A stretch of DNA of 32,000 nucleotides. It comes from Clostridium cadaveris. GTDB lineage: Bacteria; Bacillota; Clostridia; Clostridiales; Clostridiaceae. The notes below the pieces were generated by a model. It was not told where the DNA came from. It did not search any database and was given only the letters and a program-made list of their open reading frames with translations. The DNA lies in the NCBI RefSeq assembly GCF_039521325.1, contig NZ_BAAACD010000044.1; one strand, given 5' to 3'. Both the position numbers and the translations under genes were made by a program. Every line of letters starts with the position of its first letter. The first letter of the stretch is position 1. Positions 26,875-32,000 of the stretch are shown piece by piece.

Positions 26875-26890
26875 ATACTAGATATTGTGT
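26875..26890 (+). promoter_or_regulatory. Candidate NrdR box (ATACTAGATATTGTGT)
   Basis: By my count 14 of 16 positions match the published NrdR-box consensus acaCwAtATaTwGtgt. It lies just downstream of the -10. I found no convincing partner box at the usual spacing. Confidence 0.4.
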
Positions 26891-26906
26891 TTGGAGGGAT
26901 ACTTTA

Positions 26907-29024
26907 ATGCTACATGTTGTGAAAAGAGATGGACGTAAGGTTGAATTTAACTCTCAAAAGATAGCTGATGCTATAAAGGGAGCATCAGAGGAAATTGCTT
27001 ATGGGTTGAAAGAAAGCGAAATAATAGAGATAACTAAAGACGTAATAAAAGAAATTGAAAATCGTGAATTAGATGAGATAACAGTGGAAACTATACAAAA
27101 TATTGTTGAAGATACTTTGGCTTCTTTAAATTATGGTGAAGTCAGCAGGACTTATAGTAATTATAGACAAGAAAGAACAATGGTTAGAGAAATCAAATCA
27201 GATCTTATGAAAGCTATAGAAAAGATTGGTGTTGAAACTGATAGGGATAATGCTAATGTAGGAAATAACTTTAGTTCAAAATTATTAAGAATAGCAAGTG
27301 AATCAAATAAGTGGCATAACTTAGCTTCTATGCCTAAAAATTTAGCAAAAGCTCATGAAAATGGGGATTTATATTATCATGACTTAGATAGCTACAATTT
27401 GACTACAAATTGTTTACATATACCAACTAGAGAAATTTTAGAAAGAGGCTTCAATACAGGATATGGAACTATAAATCCTCCTAAAAGAATAGAGTCAGCT
27501 GCAGAACTTTCATGTATACTTCTTCAGTCAACTCAAAATGATATGTTTGGTGGACAGTCACATCCGGATTTTGATAATGACATGGGTATTTTTGTAGAGC
27601 CTACTAGAAAAGAAATAAGATGTGAATTAGAAGGGTATGGACTTACAGGAAGTCAGCTTGAGGAATTAACTGAGAAGAAGCTTAAAAAACAAATTCATCA
27701 GGCTATGCAGGGAATAGTATACAATCTAAACACTATGCATTCAAGAGCCGGTTCTCAGGTACCATTTAGTTCAGTAAATGTAGGAATACCTGAAAACCAT
27801 GATAGTGCTATGATATGTGAGATATTCCTTTTAGAATATGAAAAGGGACTAGGAAAGGGAGAGCAACCTATATTCCCTAACATAATCTTTAGAGTTAAGG
27901 AAGGTGTCAATAGAGAAGTAAGCGATCCATATTATTATCTATATGAACTAGCATGTAGAGTAGCAAGCAAGCGTATGAATCCGACTTTTATGAATATAGA
28001 TGCTGATTTTAATAAAGATTATTATGATAAAGGTGTGGTTCCAGCAACTATGGGATGCAGAACATACATCATGTCTAATGTGAATGGAGAGCCAGGAACT
28101 AAGGGAAGAGGAAATATAGCTCCAACAACTATAAATCTTCCAAGAATAGGCTTGTTAGCAAAAGGTAATGTAGATAAATTTTTTGAGATGCTTGATGTAA
28201 GATTGAATCTAGCTAAGGAAGCTTTAATGCATAGATATGAAGTTCTTAAAAACTTAAGGGTTAAAGATCTTCCATTTGTTGCAGGACAAGGACTTATGAA
28301 GGGTTCAGAAGGATTAGAGCCAAATGATTCAATAGAACCAATATTAAAGCAAGGGAGCTGGAGTATAGGCTTCATTGGTCTTGCAGAGACTCTTACAGCT
28401 CTTACAGGAAAACATCACGGTGAGGATGAAAAATCTAGAGAATTAGGAGTTAAGATTATATCTCATATGAGAGATTACACTGATAAGCTTATTGAAGAAA
28501 CAAAGCTTAATTGGAGTACTTATGCAACTCCAGCAGAGGGATTAAGCGGAAAGTTTATTCTTCAAGATAAAAAGGTATTTGGAGAGGTAGCAGGTATTAC
28601 GAATAAAGATTACTACACAAATAGCTATCACATACCAGTAGGATTCCCTATTTCTATAAAGGATAAAATAGATATAGAAGCTCCATATCATAAGCTATGC
28701 AATGCAGGCCATATAACTTATATAGAAGTAGATGACCGTCCAGATGGAGAAACTATAATGGATATATTAAATTATGCATATAAAAACACTAATATAAGTT
28801 ATATGGGAATAAACTTTCACATAAGATACTGCAAATCCTGCGGAACATATTTAGATACAGGAGATATAAAGTGCCCTAAGTGTGGAAGTAATGACATACA
28901 GGGAGTATCTAGAGTTACAGGATATTTAAGCCTTGATGAGAGATTTGGTCCTGGGAAGCATGCAGAAAGACATGATAGATTAACTCATACAACAAAAGAG
29001 AGCGGATATAGAGATTGTGAATAG
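26907..29024 (+). CDS. nrdD: Anaerobic ribonucleoside-triphosphate reductase (class III), with N-terminal ATP-cone
   Basis: The ATP-cone reads MLHVVKRDGRKVEFNSQKI. The C-terminal Zn-ribbon reads CKSCG...CPKCG. The glycyl-radical motif reads SRVTGYLS. The start at 26907 follows the GGAGGG RBS, and the ORF-track extension to 26850 has no RBS. Confidence 0.93.
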   Translation: MLHVVKRDGRKVEFNSQKIADAIKGASEEIAYGLKESEIIEITKDVIKEIENRELDEITVETIQNIVEDTLASLNYGEVSRTYSNYRQERTMVREIKSDLMKAIEKIGVETDRDNANVGNNFSSKLLRIASESNKWHNLASMPKNLAKAHENGDLYYHDLDSYNLTTNCLHIPTREILERGFNTGYGTINPPKRIESAAELSCILLQSTQNDMFGGQSHPDFDNDMGIFVEPTRKEIRCELEGYGLTGSQLEELTEKKLKKQIHQAMQGIVYNLNTMHSRAGSQVPFSSVNVGIPENHDSAMICEIFLLEYEKGLGKGEQPIFPNIIFRVKEGVNREVSDPYYYLYELACRVASKRMNPTFMNIDADFNKDYYDKGVVPATMGCRTYIMSNVNGEPGTKGRGNIAPTTINLPRIGLLAKGNVDKFFEMLDVRLNLAKEALMHRYEVLKNLRVKDLPFVAGQGLMKGSEGLEPNDSIEPILKQGSWSIGFIGLAETLTALTGKHHGEDEKSRELGVKIISHMRDYTDKLIEETKLNWSTYATPAEGLSGKFILQDKKVFGEVAGITNKDYYTNSYHIPVGFPISIKDKIDIEAPYHKLCNAGHITYIEVDDRPDGETIMDILNYAYKNTNISYMGINFHIRYCKSCGTYLDTGDIKCPKCGSNDIQGVSRVTGYLSLDERFGPGKHAERHDRLTHTTKESGYRDCE

Positions 29025-29122
29025 ATTAAAGTTAAGAAGTGTTTATCTAAGAATGTGAATTTTGTTATCTCATACTTAAAAAGATGTAAGGGATGACAAC
29101 TGTTAACTATTAGATAAACGAA

Positions 29123-29166
29123 TTAGCCCTTGCTGATGCGATATAATTCAGCAAGGGCTAATTTTA
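29123..29166. terminator. Bidirectional terminator between nrdD and the convergent membrane-protein gene
   Basis: The 14-bp stem is TTAGCCCTTGCTGA-11 nt-TCAGCAAGGGCTAA followed by TTTT. Confidence 0.75.
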
Positions 29167-29706
29167 TATGAACTTATCCTTTGGCATTTTTGCCACAAGG
29201 GTTAAGACTAAATCTACTAATAGATATATAGTTAAGATTATAGAGAGTGAATTAAATATATATACCCCTCTCAGATATATATTGTTTATTATAGGCTGAA
29301 GTATATATATGGCTGCAAATACTAGAATAATCCAAAAAGCTGAAAAAAGAAGACATACATATCCATTTATGTTTAAAGGAAGATCAGCATAATCCCAATA
29401 TTTTAGTCCTAATAGATGATCTAATAAAAACCCGGATATGTACTCTACAGTGCTTGGAACAATAATGCTCATAATTCCCAAAAACCATAGGCTTGAATTG
29501 TACCTTTGAAGCACTATTATTATAGTCATAGCAAAACCGTACATGGGTTTAAAAGGTCCTATAAGAAATCCATTTTTAGAAAAACTGCCACACATAACAA
29601 GGCTATATAGGCCCTCTACTATCCAACCTAAAAATGAATATAGAACAAAATAAAAAAGCAGAGAATAAATGTTTATAGCAGGAAATTCTCTGTTTAATAA
29701 TTCCAT
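29164..29706 (-). CDS. Polytopic membrane protein resembling the PF06541 family (annotated as putative ABC-transporter type IV, DUF1113)
   Basis: The N-terminal pattern YSFLGWIVEGLY...NGFLIGPFKPMYGF is typical of that family from memory. A GGGAGG RBS precedes the start. Confidence 0.6.
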   Translation of the reverse strand: MELLNREFPAINIYSLLFYFVLYSFLGWIVEGLYSLVMCGSFSKNGFLIGPFKPMYGFAMTIIIVLQRYNSSLWFLGIMSIIVPSTVEYISGFLLDHLLGLKYWDYADLPLNINGYVCLLFSAFWIILVFAAIYILQPIINNIYLRGVYIFNSLSIILTIYLLVDLVLTLVAKMPKDKFI

Positions 29707-29794
29707 AAGTACTCCTCCCTATACTAAAATTGAGTATAAGGTTAGTATTTCCCAGCTATTATTATTTATTCTCTGATTATAAATTTATATCATA

Positions 29795-31798
29795 TTATTT
29801 TAGGTATTTTTCAAACCAGTTAGTGATTTCAGTAAGTCTTCTTATTCTGTGCTTTGGCTTACCACTTCTTGAAAGTTCATGATTTTCTCCTCTAAACATG
29901 CATAGTCGAGAATCAATTCCATGATACTTGAGTGCTGTGAACATTTGTATTCCTTCAGCTAGCCAGCATCTATAATCTTCTTCTGAATGTATGAACAGTG
30001 TTGGCGTTGTAACCTTATCTGCATACTTAAGAGGAGAATGGAACCAAAGTTTCTTATAATCATTCCAAGGGGTAGCCCCTTGCTGATCATCTACGAAATA
30101 ATATCCTATATCTGTAGTACAGAATTTAGAAATCCAATTTGATATGCTTCTTTGAGAAGCAGCAGCCTTAAATCGATTTGTATGACCTATTATCCAGTTA
30201 GTCATAAATCCACCATAAGAACCACCAGTAACACCTACATTTGAACTATCTATATTAGGATATTTCTTTAGAACTTCATCAGTAAATCTCATAAGATCAT
30301 CATAATCAATAGTGCCATATTTTCCTCTTATATCAGCAAATGCTCCACCATGGGCATCACCGCCTCTAGGATTACAGAAGAATACAAAATAGCCTTCATT
30401 TGCCCAGAACTGCATTTCATGATAAAATACATCGCCATAAATACCCTTAGGACCGCCATGAATATCAAAAATAGCTGGATATTTTTTAGTTTCATCAAAG
30501 TCAGCAGGCTTAAGAACCCATCCTTCTATATTGATACCAGGAACAGTTTCAAATGTAATACTTTCAGGTTTTATTACCTTAAGTTCGTCTTGTACCCATT
30601 GATTAAAGCTTGAAAGTTGAGTTTCCTTTCCACAATCCATTTTGTAAAGTTCTTGAAGTTTTTGATCTCTAAGAGCTATCATTAAAATTTTTCCGTTTTT
30701 AACATCGTAACAGTCAACAGAGCCTTTATTAGAACTTACTTTTTCAATGTTTCCATTTATATCTATTCTATTAATGTAAGAACTGTCTATTTCAGTTGTT
30801 ATAAAATAAAGATATTCCCCATCCATCACCATGGTCTTCCCGCCGCCATAACGACAATCAGTGCCTACAGAATTCCATGTACTTTTATCAAGATCATCTG
30901 TTAAGAGTACTTTTGAGAAATCTCTTAAACTTATCAAATAGAATTTGCCATCCTCATTGATTCCATATTTTTTCATGTCACTTCCTAAAACTATTAAAGT
31001 ATCATCATTTATGAAGTCAACATAGCTGTAAGAGAAGTATTCATCTTTATTTATATGATTAAGAGAATTTTTAGTTAAATCATAAAGGTATAAGTTATCA
31101 TTTAAAGGAGCTTTATCCTTGAAAGAGCTGCCAGTAAAAACAATCTTGTCCTTATTTTTATTTAAATGAAGGGCTCCTATAGAAGTATATTCATCTGTTA
31201 TAGCAGTAACTTTATTTGAACTAACTACATATTTATATAGTCTATGTCTTTGCTTGTTTATAAAACCGCTTCCATTGCTCCAGAAAGGAATTTCATCTAA
31301 AACTTCATAATCTTTTTCATCTTTCCTTAGCTTAAGTTCGTCTTCTTTTTCATCATCAGATAACTTGGATAGATCATTGGAACCTATTTTATGCATTGAA
31401 GTGAAAATGAAAGTATCTTCATCTATTTCATATATGGAAGATACAAGTTTTGGAATTTTAAAAGCTTTTACAGCTTCTCCTCCATGTATGTTTATTTTGT
31501 AAAATTGAGTAAACTCATGACCGCTTTCAAGCTTCTTTTTATCCTTTGCATCTCTAGATGATGGAAAAAGAATGGTTTGATTATCAGAAAGCCATATGTA
31601 GCTTCTTTCATTATCGCAGGCAGTAAGTTGAGAGCATGTCTCGTTTTCGGAATTATAAAGCCATAAATTAGAATTATAGCTGTTATCCTCTACATTAGCA
31701 TTTGAAACTACGAAACATGCACTATCTCCTTTTGGTGAAAAATTCAATGAAGAAAGAAATTTGTATTTTATAAAGTCCTCTAGTTGTATATTTCTCAT
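29795..31798 (-). CDS. S9 family serine peptidase (prolyl oligopeptidase / acylaminoacyl-peptidase-like) with N-terminal beta-propeller
   Basis: The nucleophile elbow is GGSYGGFMT. The C-terminal region carries the likely catalytic Asp (HSEEDYRC) and His (GENHEL) motifs. Confidence 0.88.
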   Translation of the reverse strand: MRNIQLEDFIKYKFLSSLNFSPKGDSACFVVSNANVEDNSYNSNLWLYNSENETCSQLTACDNERSYIWLSDNQTILFPSSRDAKDKKKLESGHEFTQFYKINIHGGEAVKAFKIPKLVSSIYEIDEDTFIFTSMHKIGSNDLSKLSDDEKEDELKLRKDEKDYEVLDEIPFWSNGSGFINKQRHRLYKYVVSSNKVTAITDEYTSIGALHLNKNKDKIVFTGSSFKDKAPLNDNLYLYDLTKNSLNHINKDEYFSYSYVDFINDDTLIVLGSDMKKYGINEDGKFYLISLRDFSKVLLTDDLDKSTWNSVGTDCRYGGGKTMVMDGEYLYFITTEIDSSYINRIDINGNIEKVSSNKGSVDCYDVKNGKILMIALRDQKLQELYKMDCGKETQLSSFNQWVQDELKVIKPESITFETVPGINIEGWVLKPADFDETKKYPAIFDIHGGPKGIYGDVFYHEMQFWANEGYFVFFCNPRGGDAHGGAFADIRGKYGTIDYDDLMRFTDEVLKKYPNIDSSNVGVTGGSYGGFMTNWIIGHTNRFKAAASQRSISNWISKFCTTDIGYYFVDDQQGATPWNDYKKLWFHSPLKYADKVTTPTLFIHSEEDYRCWLAEGIQMFTALKYHGIDSRLCMFRGENHELSRSGKPKHRIRRLTEITNWFEKYLK

Positions 31799-31982
31799 TT
31801 TTACTTAACCCCCTTTAAAAGCATAATAATTTAGAAAATTCTAATTATAATTATACATTAAATATATAGAAATAGACTACAGGAAAATATTATCTATACT
31901 AGTCTGTGTAAAAAGTGTACTGATAGAAATTAAATTATCTGAAGTGTATAATATAAGAATGAAATACATGGAGGGAATAAAT

Positions 31983-32000
31983 ATGAAGAAAGATAAGACT
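31983..32000 (+). CDS. 5' end of an unidentified ORF (MKKDKT...), cut by the window edge
   Basis: The ATG lies 7 nt after GGAGGG. Only 6 codons are visible. Confidence 0.35.

Noticed and set aside
1-32000. Search for mobile elements, CRISPR repeats, tRNA/rRNA genes, prophage or defence-island signatures
   Set aside because: I found no transposase, integrase or recombinase-like ORFs. I found no regularly spaced direct repeats, no tRNA-like cloverleaf-rich GC patches and no obvious compositional break. The only GC-enriched non-coding patches are the three riboswitch/T-box leaders.

Overview
This is an AT-rich, gene-dense chromosomal segment with the look of a Clostridium-type Firmicute core genome. 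Translated ORFs, AGGAGG-type ribosome-binding sites and the conserved tatD-yabE-rnmV-rsmA block support that reading. I call 32 protein-coding genes, including two that are cut by the window edges. From left to right they are: the riboflavin operon (ribD-ribE-ribBA, minus strand) behind an FMN riboswitch; a MATE efflux gene; a threonine-to-glycine pair (kbl-tdh); a PheB-like ACT protein; Xaa-Pro aminopeptidase; metG behind a Met T-box leader; a DUF445 membrane protein; a cold-shock protein; tatD, yabE-like, rnmV and rsmA; an orphan E/K-rich 465-475 aa protein; a membrane-anchored orphan; lgt overlapping an orphan lipoprotein gene; Mrp/ApbC; a small ferredoxin; a TPP-riboswitch-controlled thiT-MTH1187 operon; degV-padR; mgtC; a DUF3048 lipoprotein; nrdD; a PF06541-like membrane protein; and an S9 peptidase. 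Three cis-regulatory RNAs (FMN, T-box, TPP) are readable directly from conserved cores. I see no rRNA or tRNA genes, CRISPR array, transposase, integrase, phage genes, toxin-antitoxin pairs or defence-island signatures. I also cannot support a new multi-gene system in this window. The features that annotation does not explain are: (1) a second strong terminator-like hairpin plus a perfect palindrome between the FMN riboswitch terminator and ribD; (2) a 36-38 bp imperfect palindrome that carries good sigma-A-like promoters on both strands between degV-padR and mgtC; (3) a run of uncharacterised envelope or possibly sporulation-associated proteins around lgt; (4) nrdD without an adjacent activase gene. 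Coordinates of RNA elements and promoters were read by eye and are approximate to a few nucleotides.
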